The notes under the pieces were generated by a model. It worked only from the letters and a program-made list of their open reading frames with translations. It had not been told where the DNA came from and did no database searches. From Mytilus edulis (taxonomy: Eukaryota): a DNA stretch of 64,000 nt. The DNA lies in contig NC_092348.1 in NCBI RefSeq assembly GCF_963676685.1, positions 42,718,001 to 42,782,000 on the forward strand. The letters run 5' to 3'. Below are positions 53,704 to 64,000 of this stretch, in pieces. The position numbers were made by a program, and so were the translations under genes. The first letter of the stretch is position 1. The number at the start of each line of letters is the position of its first letter.

Positions 53704-55298
53704 GGAACCTCCTGTGCTTCTTTTGCAAGGCGACGAAATTTGTTTATCTGCAAACGAGACAAAGCATCAGCTTTAGAATTAAATTTTCCTGGTACATGTT
53801 TAGACAAAAACACAAAATTTTGTTGTGCAGCAATTAATGTAAGTCTCCTTACTAAAGGCATTATATGAGCTGATTTGGAACGTCCTTTTTTCAAGATGGC
53901 TACCGTAGCCTCATTATCACACATAAAAATTATTCGTTGCTTTTTCCACATGTGTCCCCACAAAACGGCTGATACCACTATAGGGTACAATTCTCTAAAA
54001 GCTATAGATACTTCTTTCTCATCAACTACTAAATTTGAAAACATTGATGGCCATGATTCAGCAAACCACAGTCCTTTATAATAGCCACCAAAACCGATAG
54101 AACCAGAGGCATCTGTATATAAACACAAGTCATCAGAAGTTATATTTTCTTTGTTATAAAACATGCTGACACCATTCCAATTTGAAAGAAAAAAGAGCCA
54201 CATTCGAATGTCTACCCTGCATTCACATGTTAGTTTGATATAGTGGTGTAACGCCTTAACTGTTGTTGACACTAAGATCAGATGGGATACAAATGTTCTC
54301 CCTGGGATGACGACTCTAGATGCAAAATTTAAATGGCCTAGTAATTGTAACACCTCCCGCTTTGTGCAGGATTTTTTAATCAGAAACTCTTTCAAGAAAG
54401 ATGAAATTCGAATAAGTTTATCGTTTGGCAGTCTTGCCTCCATTAAATTTGAATCCAGAATAATTCCAAGATATTCAATAACTGTGTCTGGACCTGAAGT
54501 TTTATGTTTAGCCATTGGAATCTTGAGAGTGTCAAAAATGTAGTATAATAAATCCATATTTCTCTGTCCACATTTATGTGGATGTTCAAAAGTTATGAAG
54601 TCATCAAGAAGGTGCAAAATGAATTCTATGCCAAAATTATTCTTTGCTATCCAACATACTGCTTGCGACAAGTTATCAAAAATTCTTGGGCTTGATCGAC
54701 AGCCAAATGCAAGTTTGGTATAGAAATAATATTTTGTACGCCATTTAATACAAAACATGTGCCACTGTGAGGGTAATACTGGCATTAACTTGAACGCATC
54801 AGAAATATCGGTTTTACACATGGTTGTGTATCTTCCTAAATTCTGTATAATTTGAATTGCATCGTCAATGCGCACATATGATAAAGAGCAACTATCTTTG
54901 TCAATCATGTCGTTAACACTTTGATGCACAATATTTTCATGTGGGGAAGATAAGTCTACTATAAGTCTTGGCTTTCCTGAATATTTTCCTATTGCAACAC
55001 CTATTGGGCTTACTCTGTATTGCTGAAAATGCAATTCCTCAAATGGCCCTTCTAAAAACCCTTTATTAACTTCACTTTCAATAAGTTTATCAACAATATC
55101 TGGTTGAGTAATAGCTGATCTTAAATTTCGACATTCTTTAGTAGGAACATCTGTATTAGAAATTAAGGTATCGAAACCAAAAGCAAGGCCATGGCATAAA
55201 TAGTTTACAAATTGTTTATCTGGATGATTATGTAACTGTTGCTTTAACTCATCTACATTAATTGGAGTATCAACTTTTTCTCTCTGGTTAAAATCTAG
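53655..55298 (-). CDS. Pol (reverse transcriptase plus RNase H), 547 open codons starting directly after the gag stop, without its own ATG
   Basis: The frame is open from 55298 (LDFNQREKVDTPINVDELKQQLHNHPDKQFVNYLCHGLAFGFDT...GPF). RT motifs PRLIVDLS, KTDISDAF, LAFGCRSSP, HLLDDF, YLG. RNase H motifs YTDAS, RELYPI, CDN, ADALSR. Confidence 0.92.
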   Translation of the reverse strand, partial: LDFNQREKVDTPINVDELKQQLHNHPDKQFVNYLCHGLAFGFDTLISNTDVPTKECRNLRSAITQPDIVDKLIESEVNKGFLEGPFEELHFQQYRVSPIGVAIGKYSGKPRLIVDLSSPHENIVHQSVNDMIDKDSCSLSYVRIDDAIQIIQNLGRYTTMCKTDISDAFKLMPVLPSQWHMFCIKWRTKYYFYTKLAFGCRSSPRIFDNLSQAVCWIAKNNFGIEFILHLLDDFITFEHPHKCGQRNMDLLYYIFDTLKIPMAKHKTSGPDTVIEYLGIILDSNLMEARLPNDKLIRISSFLKEFLIKKSCTKREVLQLLGHLNFASRVVIPGRTFVSHLILVSTTVKALHHYIKLTCECRVDIRMWLFFLSNWNGVSMFYNKENITSDDLCLYTDASGSIGFGGYYKGLWFAESWPSMFSNLVVDEKEVSIAFRELYPIVVSAVLWGHMWKKQRIIFMCDNEATVAILKKGRSKSAHIMPLVRRLTLIAAQQNFVFLSKHVPGKFNSKADALSRLQINKFRRLAKEAQEVPCKVPPPQLVLWSSTP

Positions 55299-55537
55299 TC
55301 ATTTATTAATATTGTCTGTGTTGTTTTGTTTTGGATTTTTCTTTCCTGGACACCTGAATGCTGCATGGTTATTAGAATAGCAAATAGAACAAACATGCGC
55401 ATATTGACATGGTTGCCTATTACACCTCCTATCATTAAAGTTATTACAAATTTCCGTTTCATTATGAGTTACTCTTTTTCTACCATAACGGTCCAAATCC
55501 TTCACAGCAAAAGTTGAACTTTTAGAATAACTAGCTG
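55299..55537 (-). pseudogene. 3' remnant of gag with tandem zinc-finger motif
   Basis: EICNNFNDRRCNRQPCQYAHVCSICYSNNHAAFRCP...NINK*. The 5' part is deleted and joined to the A1 remnant. Confidence 0.8.
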
Positions 55538-55604
55538 TGTCTTATAGTTGAGTCTATAGGAACAATTTAACAACATAAACATGACTTATACTTATAAGTC
55601 TTAA
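55538..55604. repeat. Split direct repeat A1 remnant (67 bp), identical to 51172-51238
   Basis: TGTCTTATAGTTGAGTCTATAGGAACAATTTAACAACATAAACATGACTTATACTTATAAGTCTTAA occurs at both places. Confidence 0.92.
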
Positions 55605-56616
55605 GAAATAGATATTTACCACTGACACACATGAAATATGGGTTAGTAGAACTAATCTGTTAATGTACAACTGTATAGCAGTATTCTCTTTCTTCTAGGT
55701 CCATTCTGTGGTCTCTTAAATCTAAAATTTATCGATAAATGTAATATGAATAAAGATTGGATACCTAATATCTTTTCTCAAAGTTGATTAAATCCTTCCA
55801 ACGTCACTATGTCATTTAGTATATTGTACTTCATTACTGTTTCTAGTAATAAGTCAAATTATTTAGGGTATCATGAGAAACAATATAGGATACATTACAA
55901 ATACATGTATGATGAAAAGATCGTAGATTTTCGTAATTCGAGAAACTACATGATATTCATTTCAGTCAATTAAGTTCGTGGTAATGCAACATGGGTATAC
56001 CGTGAACTATGATTCAGTATACTGTTCCAATCTATGTATTTAATAATATAATATTCTGTTACGGAAAATGGTTGTGTTACACGATACAGTTCCTCCGACT
56101 AACTAACTCGTTTCAGAAACGTAGCATTGCTTTTACAAAGGCTGAGAATAAAAAATAATTCAAAATTGTTATTTGAATAAAAGAAGACTTTGTAAGTTGA
56201 ATCCAATGAGGCAGACCAAAACACAACCATCATATTTTACCAAAAACTAACTTCCACCCATTTTGAAAATTTGTCAAAAGTGTCCCCCTTTTCTCATATA
56301 GTCATACCGACATTTAATGGGGCTTATTTAACAAGTGTTGTCCTTGTTAATAAGAAGAAAACACTATTAATATTTTTTGAAAATTTAATAGCGTGAAGAA
56401 GAAAATGTTTATATTTATGTCGCGAAATTTGTCAGATGATTACCGTAGGCACTTCCTTATTACTGTACAGATTCCTATCAATATCTTGAGAACATGGTTA
56501 GATCTACTTGGTGAAATACGGATAGTTATGTTTATATTCAACACTTAATGAAACTTGAAAACGGATTTGAAATGAAAAGAAAGCTAGTGTTTCTGGTATT
56601 GTAACAAGTTAATGAG

Positions 56617-59600
56617 ATGGTAAGAAGGTTATGTTTAAAACAATTATTTTCTAATTTTAACTTGATTTTTTTTAGAGACATATGAGAAACTGTTAAGCAT
56701 TGGAATGAAGTTTCTACTTTATGTATATATACACAAAATTATAATAAAACGACAGTCTGTCCAAATTTTAAGATTGATTGGTTATTGGTTGCCTCACGTC
56801 CAGTGGCCACATTCTAATACATGTAGAATCATATTCAAAACAGTGTAGCTGTAGCCATTCACGGATTGACAACCTTAAATTATCCCATTGACTGGGGCAG
56901 ATTATGTGAACGTTTGTCTGTAACAACCGCTGCTCACTATGTACTTGTTAAAGGCACTTAAACTGTGGGGTCACAAAAGGTTCTCAACACCTAAATAAAG
57001 AAATTAGAAAAACTTATCAGGAATAACACGATGTTTTGATTTATATCAATAATATAAATCAAAACATAAAGTTATTCGTGATTAATTTTTCGAACTATTT
57101 TAATATTAAAGGCGTTAAGAACCTTAGGTGACCCCACAGTTTAAATTCTATAATAAGTAAGTAGTGAGCAGTTGTCGTTACAGACACACGTTCACCTAAT
57201 CTGCCCTAGTCAATGGGATAATTTAAGGTTGTCAATCAATGGCCACAGCTACACTGTTTTGAATATGATTCTATAATCATATAAAAGTATAAAAAAATAA
57301 AGTTATGGTGACATTTTTTTTAAATATGAAAGATCAATTTTTCGTTTAAAAAATTGAGAGAGGCAGGGAGGTCAACTAAACAACCAAACCTTTTTCTGGT
57401 GTATTTGTTTTGTAAAGGCAAAAGGATAGAAGTATTTGTGGGATTTGAACTAATCACCAATATTTGAGGGCAAAATGTATATACATCGCCTGAGGATTAA
57501 AACAAACATTTTAAATGTTTTTATAGCGATATTAAATAATTTCATTTCTAATCGTCAACTTTTAATCGTTTTACTCTTTTTGAAGGATACACGAATACTG
57601 ATTCTGTGGATAACAGTATATCTATGCCTTTTTGTAAGCAGCATAGAATCAAAAAGTTTTTTCATCCATTCGTCGGTGGTCAATGGAAAAAAGAAAATTG
57701 TTGCCACCGAAGTAAACTCGACGGCATCCTCATTTGGAAATACCCGCCCTAAAACTGCAGCTGAACAGAAGTCTGGAAAGTTCGAGATTCCACTATCGTC
57801 TGCTGACCAAGAATGGCTCGGATCTCTGTTGTACCATCCTAATGAAAGTGATATTCGATTAAGAAAGGAGTACAGACAATTATCTGAAAAGGAAAGAGGA
57901 GATTTAAATGTAGCATTTAATCTATTAAAGAATGACACGGTAAGAGTTATTATATATATTCATTTACACCATGTTCCACATTCAATCAACGTGAATGTCC
58001 TTTGTAAAGCGTCCTGTTACAAAGGAGGCGAAAGGCCATTCTCTTTGAAAGTACTCTCAAGAAATATTCAGAACGGATCAGATGGTTTTTGGTTGTCATT
58101 TAAATATGGTTCAATACCCCACTTTCAGAATTCGTGTTTCGGTTGTGGTTAATTTCTTTATTTTTATAATAAGATATTTTAATTGCCTAAAACTTAATAA
58201 TTGTAATCATATCTTATGTACATACATGTCTTTAGGCTAACAAAGAAACCGGCTACATAATGTTAGCATTTAATGATCTTTAATCTGGGATATGCAGCTT
58301 GGCGTTGTTTTTTTTATTATTATATCGGAATGACTTTTCAAATTGCTTTTGTGTTGTTCCGTTATCTGAGTGAACAGTTTCTGATGTTTCTATGAAGTTA
58401 TTAATATGATGGTGGTTATTTTAATGTTGAAGTACATTGTAATAAGCAGATAAGAGTAACAGATGTCGAGGAATTTCAGACACAGCAATCGATCGAACAA
58501 AACAAATTTTATAAAAAATAAACATCAGACACCTTAATCATACCGTCTTTAACAATAGAAATATTTATCCCACAATGTCAGATGTGTGTAAAAGAAAGAT
58601 TGACCGATTGTTTGTTGCTTAACGTCTAGTGGCTTAGTAATTTTTCATGCATCTTCAAGACGATAAACAGATGGAAAACAATTACATAAATGCCTCTGAT
58701 GCCTAAAAATAACCCCACAAAATCCTTTAAAAGTTTTTCTTCCTGTGTTCCTTTAAGATTATTTTATAGGTAGTGGCTATTTGACCGGCACCGGCTAAAT
58801 AGCAAATTTGCTATTTGACCGGCACCGGCAAAATAGCAAATTTGCTATTTAGCCGGCACTGAATAAAACTGTTCATTGATGGGATTAGTAGAGAATGAAA
58901 AAGCTTAATAATAAATTAAAATAATTTTATCACAATATCAATCATTAAAATTACAGTACAACCAAAATAAAAACAAATGATAGTTTGGGTCAAATCTTTT
59001 GGCCTTCCACATTTCTTAATATTTGGTTGAAGTAATATATGCGAAACACGCGATCCACAACAACTGGAATTCAGTAGGTGTTATTCTTGTTGAGCGGTAT
59101 CTCGTTCTTCTTTTTGCGAAACTTGTGAAACTTGTTTTCGTGAATTTTCGAATATTTGAACATTATCAGTATCATTTTCTTTATTGTCTGTTACATTTAT
59201 ATCATCATTAATGCCTTCAATATCCTCATTAACATGTACGTGTGTTTGTTCATGTTCATTGCCACTTGAACTTGTGCTTTCCACAGAATCAGAATCTATA
59301 ACTTCAAGAACCATACACTTCTTCCCATGACTCCAAAAATTTGTAACGCTCTGAATAACATCTAACGCTCTGTTCAGTGATATGCGCCACCAGAAGCTTT
59401 GGATAAACCTAGCCATTTGCTGTAACAGAATTTGTGTCTCCCTGTATTTTGTGCTTTGAGAAATTTTCCTCACTCTTTTTGGTGTACATATGATGACTGG
59501 GTTTCTGATATAACAGTATCATCAAATAATCTAAGTGATGTCCTTACTGTGTTAATCTCCCAACGATCTGACACTGCAGCAGCAACAATCAAATTTTCGT

Positions 59601-62600
59601 GATTAACTTCATTTAGTTTGAGTATATGCCTACACAGAAGAAGCATACTTTTAACTGCCTCTTGTTTGGACTCAATTGAAAACATTGGTTTAATCAAAAA
59701 GTATTGTCAAAAAGATGCATGGGAAGCTATTAAATAAACTCATCATAGATACCAGGACTAAATTTTATATATACGCCAGACGCGCGTTTCGTCTACAAAA
59801 GACTCATCAGTGACGCTCGAATCCAAAAAATGTTAAAAAAGCCATATAAAGTACGAAGTTGATGAGCATAGAGATCCAAAATTCCTAAAAGTGTTTCCAT
59901 AGCTACGGTAATCTATGCCTGAGGTAGAAAAGCCTTAGTATTTAAAAAAAAATCAAAATTAAGAGCGTATATAAAGAGAAGAAAAAGAACCCTATCTACA
60001 TATGCAACATATGCACACATGATGCAGATTCAAAGGAAGCCAGTGTAATGTGTAGTTCCTGTTCGGAGTGGCAACATTTATCTTGTGCTAGATTAAAACA
60101 ACTTACAAAGGCAAAGAATTAGTTTTGTAACAATTGCAAATGTTAAATCATGTGTCCTTTTGAAATTCGTAGCAAACAACTTTTAATATTGTCTTTTTTT
60201 ATGATGTACGTAGTTTAACATAACACTATTTTTATAGCATGGCAGGATATTTAAACCATAGATTTTACACAGATTTGGACATCTTTTTAATAAATATTTT
60301 AGAAAAAAATATATTTAGTAATGTACAAATGTGTTTTCATGCTTTTAATTAATATTATAAAGTTATAAATTATTTGTTGATAAACATCTTCAATATTTTA
60401 TTTTTGATTGTACTGTATATTTAATGCTTGATATTGTGATAAAATTATTTTAAATTCTTATTAAGCTTTTTTATTCTCTACTAATCACATCAATGAACAA
60501 TTTTATTCAGTGCCGGCTAATTAGCAAATTTGCTATTTTGCCGGTGCCGGTCAAATAGCAAATTTGCTATTTAGCCGGTGCCGGTCAAATAGCCACTGCC
60601 TATTTTATATTGAACACTGTCAATAAATTGAAAAATCGGAGACAGAAAAAATACCAATTATTGAGCCATCACAACTATTTCATCCAATATTTCAATCAAT
60701 ACTCAACCTAATGAAGTTTGATCATCAGAAGTAACTTTTAATGTTTCTACTTTATTTTTAGTCAGTTAGTTTGAACAAATATGACCTGCTGGCTAATATC
60801 CATGCTCGATCGTCTGCTAATGCTAATGCACATCAGGGACCAAATTTTATGGGCTGGCACAGAGTTTTTCTACTGATGTAAGTATCTGAATTAAATCTTC
60901 AAAAGGCTAGCAAAGTGTTCTAATATATATTATAAGGGTTTTGGAAAGGTTTATGCAATAGAAGACAATGGTGGACAGAATAACGAAAAAGACCTAGAAC
61001 GAAAAGAATACTTCTATAAATGAAGACATCCCATCCATTCACTCTTTATATCCATCATCATGACAGATGGATTAAAGGACAGGTTAAAAATAAATACTAA
61101 GTATGGTCTTAGGACCAGGTCCAATTTTCGCATGATAATCAACAACCTGATAACTTAAATGAATCTAGAATATGAGACTGCAAACAAACGACAAAAATAA
61201 TGAAAAAAAACACAAGAGTGCACACGCTGAAATGTCTCGCCTTCTATACTAATCATTGATATTATGTTGATAGTCCTAAGCATAAAGCTAAGCTTTATTA
61301 CAACTGTCACATAAACTTAACATTAACCAAGATAACTAAACAAAGACCAATGAACCTTGAAAATTAGGTCAAGGTCAGATGAACCATGCCAGGCAGACAA
61401 GTACAGCTAACAATGCTTCTATACAACATATATAGTTGACCCATTACTGATAGTTTAAGAAAAATAGACCAAAACACAAAAACTTAACACTGTGCAATGA
61501 ACCGTGAAAATGAGGTCATGGTAAAAAAAACCTTGCGCGATTGACATAAAGATCATAAAATATTTCCATACACCAAATATAGTTGACCTATGGCATATAG
61601 TATTAGATAAAAAGACCAAAACTCAAAAACTTAACTTTGACCACTGAACCATGAAAATGAGGTCAAGGTCACATGACATCTGCCTGCTAGACATGTATAG
61701 CTTACAATCATTCCATACAACAAATATAGTAGACCTATTGCATATAGTATGAGAAAAACAGACCAAAACACAAAAATTTGACTATAACCACTGAACCATG
61801 AAAATGAGGTCAAGGTCAGATGACACCTGCCAGTTGGACATGTACACCTTACAGTCCTTCCATAGACTGAATATGCTAGCCCTATTGCTTATAGTATCTG
61901 AGATATGGACTTGACCACCAAAACTTAACCTTGTTCACTGATCCATGAAATGAGGTCGAGGTCAAGTGAAAACTGTCTGACAGACATGAGGACCTTGCAA
62001 GGTACGCACATATCAAATATAGTTATCCTATTACTTATAATAAGAGAGAATTTAACATTACAAAAAATTTGAACTTTTTTTTCAAGTAGTCACTGAACCA
62101 TGAAAATGAGGTCAAGGTTATTGGACATGTGACTGACGGAAACCTCGTAACATGAAGCATCTATATACAAAGTATGAAGCATCCAGGTCTTCCACCTTCT
62201 AAAATATAAAGCTTTTAAGAAGTGAGCTAACACCGCCGCCGCCCGATCACTATCCCTATGTCGAGCTTTCTGCAACAAAAGTTGCAGGCTCGACAATAAT
62301 TATAGGGGGCAACATACACACTTCAACAATAGACATGTGTCTATACAAAATGTTCAGACTCAAATTCGTCCAGTAATTAAAGTATACTTATATGCATAAT
62401 CAGCATTCAACTGTCATATAAGTTTCCTTCAAACTGTCACTTGTTCTGGTCCTTACATTCAAATATCTTATAGGTATCTTTCAAACTGTCACTTGTTCTG
62501 GTCCTTACATTCAAATATCTTATAGGTATCTTTCAAACTGTCACTTGATCTGGTCCTGAACATGCATGAAACATTTGCCACTGGACGTTAATCAACTAAC

Positions 62601-63797
62601 AATCACCAATAAAACAGTCACATAGCATTAAGGAGAAAAGGCTGATGGCTTGGAGTCTGATTGATGTGTTGGGGAAGGGTTGCAAGTTACCTTGTGAACT
62701 ATTATTCTAAATATCCAGATCAGCCTGTCAGTCTAGTACAAAGCATGGTAAATCATACCACATCTCCTTATTTTTATATTAATATTTTTAAAACATTAAC
62801 ATATTCTCGTCCTGACACATGCATTTCATTTGCCAATGAATGATAAGCAGCCATCCATCATCATAATTATATGACTTGACTAATCTTCTCTTTTTAAAGG
62901 ATGGAGAATGCATTAAGACAGAAAGTAAAGACTGTAACAATACCGTACTGGGATGTAACATTGGACGAAGCAATGGACAAGCCATACAGTTCTGTCATCT
63001 GGTCACCTGACTTTATAGGAAGTGGTGATGGGGTCATCAAAAAGGGAGCCTTTGGTCATTGGCAAACACAATTTGGGTATGGCAACCTCATGAGGTTTTT
63101 AGGCGGACAAGGGAAATTAATGTCAAAAGAAAATGTTGAGGATATTTTATCAAAGAGCAGATTAGGGGAGATAACAAATCCTGCAGCCGAAAAGAAATTC
63201 AACATTGAAGAAATTCACAATGATGTTCATGTGTGGATTGGTGGGCAAATGAAAACAATAGAAATAGCTGCTTTTGATCCAATATTTTATCCTCTTCACT
63301 CGTTCACAGACTGTATATGGACAGAATTCAGAGAACAACAAAAAGCAAAAGGAATTGATCCTACCTCTGATTATCCTGAATTTTATGGAAGACCGACACA
63401 CTCACCGTTTGCTCCAATGTCTTTGGGAAGTGTTATGGTTATTGATGGAATAAGTGACATTTGGAATCAATATGTACACTATACACCTAGGCCTTTCTGT
63501 AATGAAACTTACAATGGATGTAACTCTCTGTACATGAAATGTGATATTTCTAAAAGAAAATGCATATCTAAAAGTAGGAGTGAAGTTGAAATTGAAAATC
63601 AGTCATCAAAATTGAAAAAGGACGATGAAGTGCCAACTGATCTTGTGAATTCAGGATTTAAAAATAGTGTAAGTTTCAGCAAAGAATCAGACTCTGAAAT
63701 GTTGTATATTTCAAACCGACAGCTTATCAAAAGATCAGCTGTTGTCAATTACAGACATTTTACTAAATTGAGCGAAAACTCCATAGCAGCTCACAAG
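56617..63797 (+). CDS. Secreted tyrosinase-like type-3 copper protein; 3' end uncertain
   Basis: Exons: ATG 56617-56619 (ATG|GTAAGA), 57586-57939, 60762-60877 and 62900-63797 (or reading on to the stop at 63932); phases consistent. Signal MDTRILILWITVYLCLFVSS; RLRKEYRQL; CuA IH...AHQGPNFMGWHR; IPYWD; CuB HNDVH...FDPIFYPLH; Cys-rich segment after the catalytic domain. Confidence 0.88.
56824..57273. mobile_element. About 450-bp foldback element (whole-length imperfect palindrome, TA at both ends) in tyrosinase intron 1
   Basis: TAGAATCATATTCAAAACAGTGTAGCTGT ... ACAGCTACACTGTTTTGAATATGATTCTA; arms pair up to the centre ATGTTTTGATTTATAT-CAATA-ATATAAATCAAAACAT. Confidence 0.85.
59734..59962 (-). 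mobile_element. Retrozyme-like insert (about 225 bp) carrying a hammerhead ribozyme
   Basis: Interrupts the plus-strand reading ...DAWEAI|KSVYKEKKK...; ATTAA at 59729-59733 and 59958-59962; removing the insert restores the frame. Confidence 0.75.
59773..59816 (-). ncRNA. Minimal type I hammerhead ribozyme
   Basis: Minus strand reads GCGUCA-CUGAUGA-GUC(UUUUGUA)GAC-GAAA-C(GCGC)G-UC^-UGGCGU. Complete core, helix II GUC/GAC, minimal helix III with palindromic loop, helix I GCGUCA/UGGCGU. Confidence 0.85.
61208..62298 (+). mobile_element. Helentron/HINE-like element with about 147-bp internal tandem array, in tyrosinase intron 3
   Basis: TGAACCATGAAAATGAGGTCAAGGTCA recurs at about 147-bp spacing; (GCC)n; 3' hairpin TGTCGAGC..CTGCAAC-AAAA-GTTGCAG-GCTCGACA. 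Confidence 0.7.
62428..62557. repeat. About 52-bp tandem repeat x2.5
   Basis: TTCAAACTGTCACTTGTTCTGGTCCTTACATTCAAATATCTTATAGGTATCT. Confidence 0.85.
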
Positions 63798-64000
63798 GTA
63801 GTGACAATAACAACAATTTCAGATGTTTACCAGTTCTATTCATATTTAACAGATTCTCATACAGACTTGATTAACTTATTGTTATTTCTGATATATTTGA
63901 ATCAATTTCACTTTAAACCAGAACACTATTGAATTCATTCAGAAATAAAATATGCAGAGATTACCTGTATCAGGGATGTTTCATTTAATCATCTACACCA

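Larger units (their letters stand above)
49680..55604 (-). mobile_element. Ngaro-type tyrosine-recombinase (DIRS-order) retrotransposon with split direct repeats and an internal 5' deletion
   Basis: Sense order: A1 remnant (55604-55538), gag remnant, RT/RNaseH, YR, B1 (52404-51237), A2 (51238-50848), B2 (50847-49680). No methyltransferase after RNase H. No TSD; only an AA core is shared by the two ends and the B1/A2 junction. Confidence 0.9.
58769..60600. mobile_element. Mutator-like (MULE) non-autonomous element with about 200-bp TIRs, 9-bp TSD and transposase remnants
   Basis: TATTTTATA|GGTAGTGGCTATTTGACCGGCACCGG ... CCGGTGCCGGTCAAATAGCCACTGCC|TATTTTATA. SWIM-like SMLLLCRHIL..RW and KKCGRPK on minus; PHD-finger remnant on plus (about 59690-60146). 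Confidence 0.88.

Noticed and set aside
52696-55298. Prokaryotic integrase/retron or contamination
   Set aside because: The gag zinc finger, DIRS-type RT/RNase H and split repeats identify a eukaryotic YR retrotransposon embedded between spliced genes.
55299-55301. UGA as a selenocysteine codon
   Set aside because: No SECIS recognised; the position at the gag/pol boundary and the CUAG context fit readthrough better.
57475-57585. ORF-track ATG at 57475 as the tyrosinase start
   Set aside because: This stretch looks intronic (pyrimidine tract plus AG at 57584-57585), and the signal peptide is best placed with the ATG from 56617.
63958-64000. Next tyrosinase exon (RLPVSGMFHLIIYT...)
   Set aside because: In frame after a CAG, but the pyrimidine tract is weak and the window ends; it cannot be supported.

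Overview
AT-rich, intron-rich animal genomic DNA, most likely a bivalve mollusc (Mytilus-like, judged from the gene content and repeat landscape; inference). Four host genes can be assembled by hand. (1) A 26-coding-exon, 3'-incomplete alpha-2-macroglobulin-family gene on the minus strand (1771-25090). It has an LDLa module in the bait region and a dead thioester site (GGGEM), i.e. Mcr/TEP6-like. (2) A 5-coding-exon orphan gene for a 341-aa Lys/Glu-rich protein (32819-35926, minus). (3) An intronless CYP1-like P450 (45537-47105, minus). (4) A secreted type-3 copper tyrosinase (56617 to at least 63797, plus). Mobile DNA includes an Ngaro-type tyrosine-recombinase retrotransposon with split direct repeats (49680-55604), several LINE remnants, a Mutator-like element with a 9-bp TSD that hosts a hammerhead-ribozyme insert, Helentron-like elements, MITEs/foldbacks and minisatellites. 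Best lead: in the YR retrotransposon, gag and pol are in the same frame, separated by one UGA followed by CUAG, and pol has no ATG for 130 codons. This predicts Gag-Pol expression by programmed stop-codon readthrough. Other leads: a minimal type I hammerhead nested three levels deep, repeated duplication of splice sites into intronic repeats of the Mcr-like gene, and a cointegrate-like MITE-spacer-MITE structure.
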